From positions 416,001 through 480,000 of the forward strand of contig OZ253564.1 of NCBI GenBank assembly GCA_965262915.1: DNA of 64,000 nucleotides, read 5' to 3'. The first letter of the stretch is position 1, and the number at the start of each line of letters is the position of its first letter. Made by a program: the position numbers and the translations under genes. Under the pieces are notes generated by a model that saw only the letters and a program-made list of their open reading frames with translations, did no database searches and was not told the DNA's origin. Positions 30,217 through 39,902 of this stretch are shown piece after piece. The DNA comes from Candidatus Spongiisociaceae bacterium (GTDB taxonomy: Bacteria; Actinomycetota; Acidimicrobiia; Spongiisociales; Spongiisociaceae).

Positions 30217-31881
30217 TCAGATCACGGCGAGGGGCGCTAGCGCGTCGATATCGGTTGCGACGTCGACGATGGCAGGGCGTCCCGCTGCCAGTGCCCGTTG
30301 TATGGCGGGGCGGAGGTGGTCGGGCTTCTCCACCCGGATGCCCATTGCCCCCATTCCCTCGGCGAGCCGGGCAAAGTTCACGTCGGTGAAGGTCCAGAGG
30401 CGGCGTCCCTCCTGGGTCTGCTCCCCGCCGTAGGCCCGGTCGAAGCCGAGGGTGGACTGGTTGCCCGAGGAGTTGTTGTTGACCACTGTGACGGTGTTGA
30501 TGCCCCATCGAACCGCGGTCTCGACCTCGGCTATGTGGTACCAGAAGCCCGCGTCGCCGGTGAAGCAGACGACTGGGCGATCCGGGGCGGCGCACTTGGC
30601 GCCCAGCGCGGCGGGGAACGCCCAGCCGAGGTGTCCGGCGCTGCGGAGGTAGCTCTGGTCAGGTGTGCGGGTGTCGAACATGCCACCCATCCACATTCCG
30701 GCGTGGCCGGTGTCGACCACGGTGCAGGCGTCGTCGGGCACGAGAGCCGTCAACTCCGCGCAGATCCGCTCCGGGCGGATCGGTATCGCGTCAGACTCGA
30801 GATGACCCAGGTGCTGCTCTCGCCAGACGGTGACCTCCCGGCGTACTGCAGCCAGCCACTCCTCCCGGCCGGGACCCCGCGGGCCGGACTGTTCCAGGAG
30901 GGCGGCGAGGGCCGCACGGACATCGGCTTTGATAGCGACCTGCAGGGGGTAGTTGCGGCCCAACATCTCGGGGTCGATGTCGATCTGGATGGCGGGTGTC
31001 CCCGGCGCCGGAACCTGCCAGAAGTGGGTGGTCATGCTGCCGGTGCCCGACCCGACGAAACACACGAGGTCCGCCCGGTTGACGACCCGGTTCGCGGCGC
31101 TCCGCGAGTAGGTGCCCACGGCTCCCACGCAGAGGGGATGGTTTCCCGGAATCGTGTCCTTCCCGTTGAGGGAGGTCACCACGGGGATAGTGAGACGTTC
31201 TGCCAGGGCCACCAGCTCGCGTCCGGCCTGGGAGGTTCGGACGCCGCCGCCTGCCACGAGCACCGGCCGCGCAGCACGATCGAGCAGGTCCAAAGCCGCA
31301 GCCACGTCTTGCGGGTCGGGGAGGGGCCGCACCGGAGGCACGGAGGCGAATCGTGTGTCCACGGAGGGGTCGAGGTCGGCCCGTTCGCGGTCGATCTGGC
31401 CTTCGTTGCCGACGAACTGGAGGTGTACCGGTCCAGGACGGCCCGACACCGCCGAACGGAAGGCCTGGCGAACCAGATCGGGAATCTGTTCCACCGCGTC
31501 GACGACGGAGCTGAACTTGGTGACGTTGACGAAGGCGGGGAGGTCGTCCACCTCCTGGTAGACGCCGTTGTGGGCTGCGTCCGGGTCGCGACCACCGGTA
31601 AGGGCCATGACGGGAGAGTTGGCCAGGTGCGCGTCTCGGAGGCCGGCGGCCAGGTTGAGTGCCCCCACCGCCTGGGCCATGCACACTCCCGGGCGGCCTG
31701 CCATCCTGGCGTAACCGTCGGCCATGTACGCGGCCGGCTTCTCGCCGTGGGTGTGGATGCGCCGCACGCCGAACCGCTCGAGCTCGACGAGAGTACGCCG
31801 CAGGATGGCCGGCACCATGAAGACGTGCGTGACGCCGTACCCGTGGAGCATTTCGGCGAGAACGCGGGCACCGGTAATCAC
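30217..31881 (-). CDS. Thiamine-diphosphate-dependent enzyme (acetolactate synthase-like superfamily)
   Basis: GVTHVFMVP, HGEKPAAYMADGYAR, RPGPV, GDAGF..NN ThDP motif; start at GTG 31881. Confidence 0.9.
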   Translation of the reverse strand: MITGARVLAEMLHGYGVTHVFMVPAILRRTLVELERFGVRRIHTHGEKPAAYMADGYARMAGRPGVCMAQAVGALNLAAGLRDAHLANSPVMALTGGRDPDAAHNGVYQEVDDLPAFVNVTKFSSVVDAVEQIPDLVRQAFRSAVSGRPGPVHLQFVGNEGQIDRERADLDPSVDTRFASVPPVRPLPDPQDVAAALDLLDRAARPVLVAGGGVRTSQAGRELVALAERLTIPVVTSLNGKDTIPGNHPLCVGAVGTYSRSAANRVVNRADLVCFVGSGTGSMTTHFWQVPAPGTPAIQIDIDPEMLGRNYPLQVAIKADVRAALAALLEQSGPRGPGREEWLAAVRREVTVWREQHLGHLESDAIPIRPERICAELTALVPDDACTVVDTGHAGMWMGGMFDTRTPDQSYLRSAGHLGWAFPAALGAKCAAPDRPVVCFTGDAGFWYHIAEVETAVRWGINTVTVVNNNSSGNQSTLGFDRAYGGEQTQEGRRLWTFTDVNFARLAEGMGAMGIRVEKPDHLRPAIQRALAAGRPAIVDVATDIDALAPLAVI

Positions 31882-32074
31882 CGGGGAGACGTTAGTGGCT
31901 CTGGCTCTGCGCCGGCCGTCGGCTGCGCTTACCGGCCCGGAGCAGACCGAGTGTTCATGACGGAGGCGGGACGCGTAAGGGGGATCCCGTACCAGCGGCG
32001 GCAATGTTCCTCGATGTGCGGGTTCATGAGGTCTGCGAGTTCTCGCCGGCGCTGCGCCTCTGGAGTGGGCTTGT

Positions 32075-32350
32075 AGAGCCTTCGACGTGGTGGGCCTCAA
32101 GACCACGGCCGAGCAGGCGTTCGCCATGCTGCGCCCCGGGGGCACCGCCACCCTCATAGGCATGATTCCCCTCGGGGTCGAGATCTCTCTCCCGGGCGTC
32201 GATTTCCTCGATGAGAAGACGGTCAAGGGCTCGAACGGGGGATGTCGACCCGGTCCCGGGTCGACATCCCCCGGTACCTCCACCTCTACCGCAGCGGACG
32301 ATTCAAACTCGACGAACTGATCAGCCGTACACGTCCCCTCGAAGAGATCG
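32075..32350 (+). pseudogene. Zn-dependent alcohol dehydrogenase, C-terminal remnant
   Basis: FDVVG..AFAMLRPGGTATLIG..EKTVKGS, then after a frameshift VDIPRY..GRFKLDELISRTRPLEEI. Confidence 0.75.
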
Positions 32351-32354
32351 GGGC

Positions 32355-32658
32355 TGGACGCCGAAGGCCGCCGCGAGGTCCACACGTTCAGGAAGAGACA
32401 TTCCTCGCTCTTGCCCTCCCGGACCCGGTAACGGGCCGCCATTCCGCCCGTGGCGCCTCCTGGTTGCGGAGGCGCCGGACCGGGTTGGAGGCGCGGGCGT
32501 ACCCCGTCCCGGGGTGCAGGCGGGATCGGCTTGCGTACCGCCGTCTGCCGACTGGGCGCTGTGCAAGGAGAGCCCGCAAGAACATGATTCCCGTCCCCGG
32601 TCGCGCCTCGAACCACGCCTGTCGTGGTCGTTACCAGGGGATCGTCGGGCCTGGTCAC
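32355..32658 (-). pseudogene. Type-B carboxylesterase, N-terminal remnant
   Basis: VTTTTGVVRG start and SEECLFLNVWT motif; no catalytic GxSxG follows. Confidence 0.7.
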
Positions 32659-33003
32659 GCGCCGGTTCCTCCAGGCTGGGCCGGCTGCTGGCGGGCTCGC
32701 GGCCTGCATTCTCTCAAGAGGCTCCCTCGGAGAGTGCCCAACAATGACGGTGCTTGGCTCGTCGGTCCCCGACCCGGCATCCGCCGGTGGTCTACGGGCC
32801 GCCCGAGGCTCCTCCGGCACCCTTCGTGAGGCCCGCGAGCCGCCGGTGACCCCGCACGCGGAGCGCTCCGGTGCCCGTCCCCGGTGAAGGTGCAGGGAGC
32901 GGGCTTCAGGATGACCCACCGGCCCGGAGGTCGACCCTCCGGTCGGGTCCTCGACGCGCTTCCTATGCTGGGCTGATCCGGGAGCCGCCTAGGGAGTTGA
33001 TCC

Positions 33004-34668
33004 ATGTCAGATACGACGGGCCTTGTGGCCGGCTGGCCCAATATCGTCGTCATCCTCGCTGACGACCTCGGCTTCTCTGACCTCGGCTGCTACGGCTCCG
33101 AGATCGCCACGCCCGCGATCGATGCGCTCGGCTACGGTGGCCTGCGTTTCACCCAGATGTACAACTCTGCACGGTGTTGCCCGTCGCGAGCCGCCCTGCT
33201 GACCGGCCTGCACCCGCACCAAGCCGGCATCGGGCACATGACATACACCATGTCGGACACGGATCCCGCCTACCAGGGATTCCTCAACGACTCGTGCGTG
33301 ACCATCGCGGAGGTGCTCCGGGCGGCGGGCTACCGCACGCTCATGTCGGGCAAGTGGCATGTGGCGCGCCAACGACCCATGGCGGAGCGCGCCTCCTGGC
33401 CCGACGATCGCCCCGGCTACCCCCTGCCCACCGAGAGAGGCTTCGACGAGTTCTTCGGCACCATCGGTGGGGCCGGTTCGTACTACAAGCCCACCTACAT
33501 GATGCGAAACGACGATCTGCTCGAGCAGAACGAACTCGACTGGTATTACACGGATGTGATCACCGACCATGCCCTCGACATGGTGGCCGAGGCGACCGGC
33601 GACGGGGTGCCCTTCTTTCTCTACCTGGCCTATACCGCTCCGCACTGGCCGCTGCATGCCATCGAGGAGGACATCGCCCGGTACGAGAGCCGCTACCGGC
33701 AGGGATGGGATGCGCTCCGGACCGCTCGCCACGAGGAGCTGAAAGCCGGCGGCCTCGTCGATCCCCGGTGGCCGATCAGCCCCCGGGACCCGACCTCCTT
33801 TCCATGGGAGGAGTCGACGTACCCGGATTGGGAAGCCCATCGGATGGCGGTCTACGCCGCCCAGATCGATCGCATGGACCAAGGCGTTGCCAGGCTGGTT
33901 GCCGAACTGCGCAGGAGCGGCCAACTCGACAACACCATCATCTTCGTGCTCTCGGACAATGGCGGGGCCGCCGAGTTTCTCGCCGAGGACGGCCCCATGC
34001 GGCCCGGCTGGTTGGCTCATGACACCCCCGACGGACGGCCGATCCACTACGGGAACACGCCCGATCTGAGCCCCGGCGGACCGGAGACGTTCCAGAGCTA
34101 TGACATCTGCTGGGCGAATGCCTCGAACACGCCGTTTCGCCGGTTCAAGGGATGGGTACACGAAGGGGGGATCTCGACGCCCCTGATCGTTCACTGGCCG
34201 GGCGGTATTCCCTCGCCGGGGATCGTGCGCACCCCGGCCCACATCATCGACATCATGCCGACCTGCCTCGAGGTCGCAGGTGCGGACTATCCGACTCACT
34301 TCGGCCCCAACGACATTACCCCGTGCGAGGGTCGGAGCCTGGTACCCACCTTCACGCGTCACGATTGGCAGCGGCCGGGGTCGTTGTTCTTCGAGCACGA
34401 GGGCTACCGGGCAATACGGCGGAAATCGTGGAAGCTCGTGAGCGCCGACCTGAGGAGTTGGGAGCTGTACCGGATCGAGAACGATCGGACCGAGAGCACG
34501 GACCTCTCCGGGCGGGAGAGGCCCCGGGTCATCCGGATGGCGCGAGAATGGAACGAGTGGGCGAGCCGGGTCGGGGTCAGCTTCACGCTGCGCGAGGACC
34601 TCGCCCAGTTGTTCGAACTGGAACGGAGGGGGGTCGACCAGGGACGCGCCCGGCTACGGCGGGCGTGA
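33004..34668 (+). CDS. Arylsulfatase (formylglycine-dependent, Cys type)
   Basis: PNIVVILADDLG, CCPSRAALLTG, GKWH, APHWP, SDNG, EGGISTP. Confidence 0.95.
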   Translation: MSDTTGLVAGWPNIVVILADDLGFSDLGCYGSEIATPAIDALGYGGLRFTQMYNSARCCPSRAALLTGLHPHQAGIGHMTYTMSDTDPAYQGFLNDSCVTIAEVLRAAGYRTLMSGKWHVARQRPMAERASWPDDRPGYPLPTERGFDEFFGTIGGAGSYYKPTYMMRNDDLLEQNELDWYYTDVITDHALDMVAEATGDGVPFFLYLAYTAPHWPLHAIEEDIARYESRYRQGWDALRTARHEELKAGGLVDPRWPISPRDPTSFPWEESTYPDWEAHRMAVYAAQIDRMDQGVARLVAELRRSGQLDNTIIFVLSDNGGAAEFLAEDGPMRPGWLAHDTPDGRPIHYGNTPDLSPGGPETFQSYDICWANASNTPFRRFKGWVHEGGISTPLIVHWPGGIPSPGIVRTPAHIIDIMPTCLEVAGADYPTHFGPNDITPCEGRSLVPTFTRHDWQRPGSLFFEHEGYRAIRRKSWKLVSADLRSWELYRIENDRTESTDLSGRERPRVIRMAREWNEWASRVGVSFTLREDLAQLFELERRGVDQGRARLRRA

Positions 34669-34732
34669 GTACCGCTCCCCGCACGGCGCCCCGTGGCGAG
34701 GCGCCAGTTGTGGAGAATGAGAGGAGGCTCGG

Positions 34733-35089
34733 TTGCGCCGCGTGGTCAAGATCATGACCGAGGAGGAATGGGAGAACTCGTTGGGCTCGGGGAGGGTATT
34801 TGTGTCCTCGTCGGAGAACGACGTAAGGGACGGCTTCATTCATTGCGCGTCCGCAGAACAGGTGACGGGTTCGTTGACGAGGTGGTACTCGGATCAGGCG
34901 AAGGTGGTGATCGTCGAGATCGATGCCGACAGGTCGGCCGCCGACGTGAGGTGGGAGCCCAACGCAGAGGGAGAGCTCTGGCCCCACATCTACGGTTCGA
35001 TCACCCCGGAGGCCGTCGCCGGCGCCCGGATGGCCATACGGCAGGAGAATGGAACCTTCCGGCTCGGCGCAGACCTCCACGGCGGGTGA
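34733..35089 (+). CDS. DUF952 family protein
   Basis: DGFIHCAS..QV and WPHIYGSI motifs. Confidence 0.85.
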   Translation: MRRVVKIMTEEEWENSLGSGRVFVSSSENDVRDGFIHCASAEQVTGSLTRWYSDQAKVVIVEIDADRSAADVRWEPNAEGELWPHIYGSITPEAVAGARMAIRQENGTFRLGADLHGG

Positions 35090-35116
35090 CCGGTCCTGCC
35101 GGACCTCGGCCCGGCT

Positions 35117-35221
35117 TAGGAGAATGCTGAACAATGACGATTACTGTTGGCCTGTCGCTCGCTGACCAGGCATTTTATGGTTGAGCGACGGGCCCCTTGT
35201 GGATTGCTCAGCACTCCCCCA
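35117..35221. mobile_element. MITE-like element, copy E
   Basis: IRs GGAGAATGCTGAACAAT / ATTGCTCAGCACTCC; stem GGCCTGTCGCTC..GAGCGACGGGCC around CTGACCAGGCATTTT. Confidence 0.7.
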
Positions 35222-35249
35222 GACCCCGCCGCCGGAAAGGAGACGCACC

Positions 35250-37304
35250 GTGTGCTGTGACGTTCCGGATTTCGAACTGCCGGAATCCATCCAGGAGATG
35301 GTTGCGCAGTACCGGTTGCGGATCGGGGCACCGGTCGACCGGTGGGGCCTCGACGCCTGGGCGTCCCCCGCGGCGGCGACGGGTGAAGAACTCGCCGGAG
35401 ATGCACGATTCCGGCGGGCCGTCGGCGTCCGGCAGGCGAGTATGGCGGGCTCGGCGTCACTCGAGGATCTCTACGGACCCGACGCCGTCGGAGTCGTGGT
35501 CCGGGACGCGCTGGGGGGTCGGATCCCGCCCGGGCTCGGCGTCGTCACCGTTCTCGGGAACGCGGTCCGGCTCGATTCCGGGGCGCCCCGCTCACACCTC
35601 CCCGGTCGGCCGGCGCGGGCGTGGCTGATGGTCGACTCATCCGTCGGCAGGTCCGTGCCGGTTCGTGTCGGCAATAGCGAGCGGGTGGTACCACCGCGGG
35701 GAGCACTTCTCACCGAGGTCGCTCCCGGAACCCTGTCGTCGGTCGACGGGCATCCGGTCGCAGTGGAGAGCCTGTTCACTCGAAGCGAGCCGGCGGTACT
35801 GAGTTTGCGGGCGCTCGCGCTCTCCCGATGGTCGGTGGTCGACGAACGGGGCTGGGGCTGGTTCCCGCAGGGTTGCCTCGAGAAGTACGACTACCACGGG
35901 CGTCCCTTCTTCCATGCCGGCGAGGTCAACTTGCCGGTGCCGTCGGGCCGGCTTGAGGTCTCCGTGACCAGGGGTATCGGCTGGACCACCGAGCGGGAGA
36001 CGTTATCGGTGGAACCCGGCGAGCAGCGCACGGTCGAGATGGCGCCGGGCATACGCTTCGATCCGGGAGAGAAGGGCTGGTACGGCGCCGATCTTCACGT
36101 GCATATGAACTACGGAGGGAACCAGGTTTGCGAGCCGGCAGACGCGGCCCGTATGCAGGTGGGCGAGGGACTCGACTTCATGAGCCTGCTCGCCGCCAAC
36201 ATCTCCACGGCCCTGGTGTACGACCGGGAAGCGCTCGAGGCATGGCCGGAGCGGGACCTGCCGTGGTCCGGCGCCAAGTACAGGGCGAGGATGGGCGTGG
36301 AGTACCGCAACGACCTGCTCGGGCATTTCCACGTGACGGCGCCGGCAGGCCGGCCGGAGCGGTTCGCCAGCGGGCACGGGAACCGTCCGGATTGGCCACC
36401 GAACTCGGAAGTTGCCCGTGAGTACCGGGCCGCCGGAGCGACCGTCGGCTACTGCCACCCGGTATATCCCGAGAGCATCCCGTGGCAGCCCGGAGCGGTT
36501 CACCACGCCGATCCGCTCGATCGGGTCATGCGGAGGACCAACCCGCGCAACGTGGAGGCGAGGGAGATCGTCGCGGATGCCGCCCTCGGATTGGTCGACA
36601 GTCTCGATGTTGTCTCGAATGCGGACGACCGGGCCGGAGCGGTGCTGTATCGTCGGTTGCTGGGAACGGGGCTCCGGCTGGCGGCAACGGCAGGCACCGA
36701 CGCGATGCTCTCGGTACGCCACAGCGGTGTTCGGTCGAACCCTCCCGGCTGGTCACGGGTGTACGTGAGGGCAGGGGAGCACCTCGACGCCGACTCCCTC
36801 AAGGCGGCGATCCGGCGGTGCGAGACGATCGCCACGAACGGACCGTGGATCGAATTCGACGTCGGTGGCCGGGGCCCCGGATCGACGATCGCGGCGCGAC
36901 CGGGGGAGCGGCTCCCGGTGATCGTGCGGGCGGTGGGCCCCGGCGCCGACCGGCCCTCCCTCGTGACTGCCCATGGTCCGGTAGTCATGCTCGACAGCGG
37001 CGCCGGATGGACGGCCGAAGTCGAGATCCACGAGTCGACCTACCTGCTGGCAACGGTCGAAGGCGATCCGCATCCCGAAGTGCTCGCCCCGTTGCCGTTC
37101 GCGATCACCAGCCCGGTGTGGGTGGAGATCGACGGTAAGCCGGTGTGCGTCGAGGAGGATGTCAGGTGGTGCCTGCGCTGGCTGGACGAACTCGAGCGGG
37201 TCGTGGGAGAACACGGACGGTTCGAGGTGGCCGCCCAGCGTTCCGACCTGATACGAACCATCGATCAGGCGCGCTCCTCGTATCAGGCGAGGCTGGACGG
37301 CTGA
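35250..37304 (+). CDS. CehA/McbA-family (PHP-like) metallohydrolase
   Basis: AAGGAG RBS; GWYGADLHVH, GVEYR..GH, YCHP, AGTDA, TNGP, TSPVW motifs. Confidence 0.85.
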   Translation: MCCDVPDFELPESIQEMVAQYRLRIGAPVDRWGLDAWASPAAATGEELAGDARFRRAVGVRQASMAGSASLEDLYGPDAVGVVVRDALGGRIPPGLGVVTVLGNAVRLDSGAPRSHLPGRPARAWLMVDSSVGRSVPVRVGNSERVVPPRGALLTEVAPGTLSSVDGHPVAVESLFTRSEPAVLSLRALALSRWSVVDERGWGWFPQGCLEKYDYHGRPFFHAGEVNLPVPSGRLEVSVTRGIGWTTERETLSVEPGEQRTVEMAPGIRFDPGEKGWYGADLHVHMNYGGNQVCEPADAARMQVGEGLDFMSLLAANISTALVYDREALEAWPERDLPWSGAKYRARMGVEYRNDLLGHFHVTAPAGRPERFASGHGNRPDWPPNSEVAREYRAAGATVGYCHPVYPESIPWQPGAVHHADPLDRVMRRTNPRNVEAREIVADAALGLVDSLDVVSNADDRAGAVLYRRLLGTGLRLAATAGTDAMLSVRHSGVRSNPPGWSRVYVRAGEHLDADSLKAAIRRCETIATNGPWIEFDVGGRGPGSTIAARPGERLPVIVRAVGPGADRPSLVTAHGPVVMLDSGAGWTAEVEIHESTYLLATVEGDPHPEVLAPLPFAITSPVWVEIDGKPVCVEEDVRWCLRWLDELERVVGEHGRFEVAAQRSDLIRTIDQARSSYQARLDG

Positions 37305-37309
37305 GAGGA

Positions 37310-37475
37310 GCGGCTGGATTCTCGCCGTGGGTGTGGATGCGCCGCACGCCGAACCGCTCCAGCTCCACGAGAGTACGCCGCAGGATGGCCGGCACCACCA
37401 AAACGTGCGCGACGCCGTACCCGTCCAGCATCTCCGCAAGGGCTCGAGCGCCGGTCATCATGCTGGGGGACGTTA
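37310..37475 (-). pseudogene. Duplicated 5' fragment of the ThDP enzyme gene (31730-31895)
   Basis: Encodes MTGARALAEMLDGYGVAHVLVVPAILRRTLVELERFGVRRIHTHGE, then breaks. Confidence 0.9.
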
Positions 37476-37488
37476 ACGGTCGCGGCTC

Positions 37489-37783
37489 GTCCCTGGGATG
37501 GATCCGGTCAGGACGGTGCCAGCCCTTTCGGGTTGACCGCCGTGGGTGGCGTCTCGCCTGCCAGGGCGGCGAGCAGGTTGCGTACGGCCAGCTCCCGCAT
37601 CCGTCGCCGGGTCTGCGTGGTGGCGGTACCGATATGGGGCAAGCACACCACGTTGGGCAGGTCGAGGAGTGGTTGGCCGGGGGCGGGAGGTTCGGTCTTG
37701 AGGACATCGAGGGCGGCGCCAGCGATGGTGCCTGTTCTCAGGGTCTCGGTCAGCGTCCGCTGGTCGACCAGCTCGCCCTGGGC
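37489..37783 (-). pseudogene. Duplicated 3' fragment of the 2-hydroxyacid dehydrogenase gene (38863-39157)
   Basis: High identity to 38863-39157 including the stop and downstream GGATCCATCCCAGGGAC. Confidence 0.9.
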
Positions 37784-37804
37784 CGTTCCCCGGCTGTCGA
37801 GGTC

Positions 37805-37834
37805 AAAAAAGACCCGGCCCTAAGTGGGCCGGGT
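37805..37834 (-). terminator. Intrinsic terminator
   Basis: 9-bp stem ACCCGGCCC/GGGCCGGGT with 5-nt loop, followed on the minus strand by C then T6. Confidence 0.85.
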
Positions 37835-37879
37835 GGGTAACCGCCCCTGATACAAGCGCATCAGGAGCTAAGCGCTTGT
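37805..37879 (-). ncRNA. Candidate ~75-nt structured sRNA downstream of the NYN gene
   Basis: Extended -10 TG-T-TATATT at 37892-37884; hairpin GCUCCUGAU/AUCAGGGGC with loop complementary to the 5' end; terminator. Confidence 0.55.
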
Positions 37880-37928
37880 GCCCAATATAACACAAGTATT
37901 AGCCCGGGGACACGGAGGTGGCGTCGGG

Positions 37929-38666
37929 TTACCACCGTGGGAGACGCTGGTATGTTCCCACCGTTTCGGGAAGCTGACACGAGTGGAAATCATTGGCTGC
38001 CAACCGATACCACCAATGCCCGCCGACACCGTCATCGTGTCTGCCGCGAAGGTCCCCGGCCGTCGGGTTCGTGCTCGGGTTGACGACGCCCACCGGAACC
38101 CGTTGGCGGGCTAACCGTATCGGGAAGCGCAGGTCACTGTCATTCGAGATAACAATCGCAGCGTCCATTCGCCTGGTCAACACGTCGAACAGCAGATGGG
38201 AGGCTAGGTTCACGTCAGTCGCTTTCTCCTCCTCCCTTAGGTACGACACCATGAATCGGGCGTCGTGAACGGCCGCACCGGTACCGTCCTGCACCATCAC
38301 CGGCCATCGAGACGTGTGGACAACCGGCCGGCCGTTCCTGTCCCGCGTCGCCAACAGTCCGGTCTTCCAGCGAGCCGTGAACCTGCCCTTCTCAAGGTGA
38401 TCAAACGAGCGGTTAGCTTTCAATGCGGCCACATACACCTGCTGCCGTTGGTGCTCCGCAGGGTGGATATTCCCGTCTATGAACGCAGTGCAGTACACCA
38501 CACGCTGAAGCAGCGCACCTTGCTTCAGCCAGTCGGAACGGCGTGCTAGCAGCCGTTCGCTAAGTTGACGCAGGTCAAGCCACCGCCACCCTCGCGCAGC
38601 TCTACCGAAGTGGCTTCGACCTCCGTAGTACAGATTCAGACCATCGACGTACACGCCAACCTTCAT
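37929..38666 (-). CDS. NYN-domain (LabA/DUF88, PIN-fold) putative RNase
   Basis: VYVDGLNLYY, EEKATDVNLA, ISNDSDL acidic motifs. Confidence 0.92.
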   Translation of the reverse strand: MKVGVYVDGLNLYYGGRSHFGRAARGWRWLDLRQLSERLLARRSDWLKQGALLQRVVYCTAFIDGNIHPAEHQRQQVYVAALKANRSFDHLEKGRFTARWKTGLLATRDRNGRPVVHTSRWPVMVQDGTGAAVHDARFMVSYLREEEKATDVNLASHLLFDVLTRRMDAAIVISNDSDLRFPIRLARQRVPVGVVNPSTNPTAGDLRGRHDDGVGGHWWYRLAANDFHSCQLPETVGTYQRLPRW

Positions 38667-38881
38667 GAACTCTCCTGACAGGGTGCGCTCGCCGCTCCCA
38701 TCGAGGAAGCAACCATACAGAGGCATAGGCTCCTCGGAGAGCAAACCCAACGGCCCCAGCCGGCCGAGCGGAAGGAGATCAGAGCATCGGCGAGAAAGGA
38801 CGTAACGCCAGACGTCGATCCCGCCAGCGTTTCACCGGCTAGCTGTGACAACCGGGGATGTTGTCCCTGGGATGGATCCGG

Positions 38882-39859
38882 TCAGGACGGTGCCAGCACT
38901 TTCGGGTTGACCACCGTGGGTGGCGTCTCGCCCGCCAGGACTGCGAGCAGGTTGCGTACGGCCAGCTCCCGCATCCGTCGCCGGGTCTGGGTGGTGGCGG
39001 TACCGATATGGGGCAAGCACACTACGTTGGGCAGGTCGAGGAGTGGTTCGCCGGGGCCGGGGGGTTCGGTCTCGAGGACGTCGAGGGCGGCGCCGGCGAT
39101 GGCGCCGCATCTCAGGGCCTCGGTCAGCGCCCGCTGGTCGACTAGCCCGCCCCGGGCGGTGTTGATGAGGTAGGCGGTGGGCTTCATGAATTGCAGCTCT
39201 TCCGTACCTATGAGATGCCGGGAGGCCTCGTTCAGGTCGGCGTGGAGCGTGACGAAGTCCGAGTGGCGGAGCAACTTGTCGAGAGGGCGGTACCGGCTGG
39301 CCGGTGCCTTCGGATGAGGGTCGGCGATCGCGTCGTACCACAACGTGCGCATCCCGAAGGTCTGCATGCGGCGGGTGACCTCCTGGCCGATACGGCCGAA
39401 CCCGACGACGCCGAGGGTCTTGCCATCGACATCGGTGCCGAGATCCGGCGGCGGCTCGCCCCGCGCCCATCCCCCCGACCGAGCGTACCGCTCGTTGTCG
39501 AACAGCCGTCTCGCCAGCGAGAAGATCATCATCATGGTGAGATCGGCCACCGCCGCGGTGAGAACGCCGGGGGTGTGGCAGACGACGACGCGCCGTCGTG
39601 TCGCCTCGGCCATGTCGATCGTGTCGTAGCCGACGCTGGCCGTGGACAGGACCCGCATCCGTGGCGCCGCCTCGAAGAACTGCTTGTCAACCGGCGTCAG
39701 GGGATTCAGGAGAACACCGTCGGCGTCACCGATTGCATCGAGTTGAGCGCTCCGAACGGCTGCCATGTCCGCGAAACGGACTTCGTGGCGTTCCTCGATC
39801 GCGGAGACGAGGTCTGATTCGAAGGCCGGGAAGATGCACACCGTGAGTCGCTCGACCAC
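38882..39859 (-). CDS. D-isomer-specific 2-hydroxyacid dehydrogenase (glyoxylate/glycerate reductase-like)
   Basis: VGYDTID, GFGRIG, INTARG, LDVLETEP, PHIG. Confidence 0.93.
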   Translation of the reverse strand: MVERLTVCIFPAFESDLVSAIEERHEVRFADMAAVRSAQLDAIGDADGVLLNPLTPVDKQFFEAAPRMRVLSTASVGYDTIDMAEATRRRVVVCHTPGVLTAAVADLTMMMIFSLARRLFDNERYARSGGWARGEPPPDLGTDVDGKTLGVVGFGRIGQEVTRRMQTFGMRTLWYDAIADPHPKAPASRYRPLDKLLRHSDFVTLHADLNEASRHLIGTEELQFMKPTAYLINTARGGLVDQRALTEALRCGAIAGAALDVLETEPPGPGEPLLDLPNVVCLPHIGTATTQTRRRMRELAVRNLLAVLAGETPPTVVNPKVLAPS

Positions 39860-39902
39860 GCGTCAAGCGCTCCTGGATGCGGGTAGGAAGCCCGGTCGAC
39901 TC

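Noticed and set aside
30217-32919. 900-aa ORF as a novel esterase-ThDP enzyme fusion
   Set aside because: The ThDP enzyme starts at ~31881, as its duplicated 5' fragment confirms. The upstream part is open frame running through a carboxylesterase remnant and the antisense of an ADH remnant.
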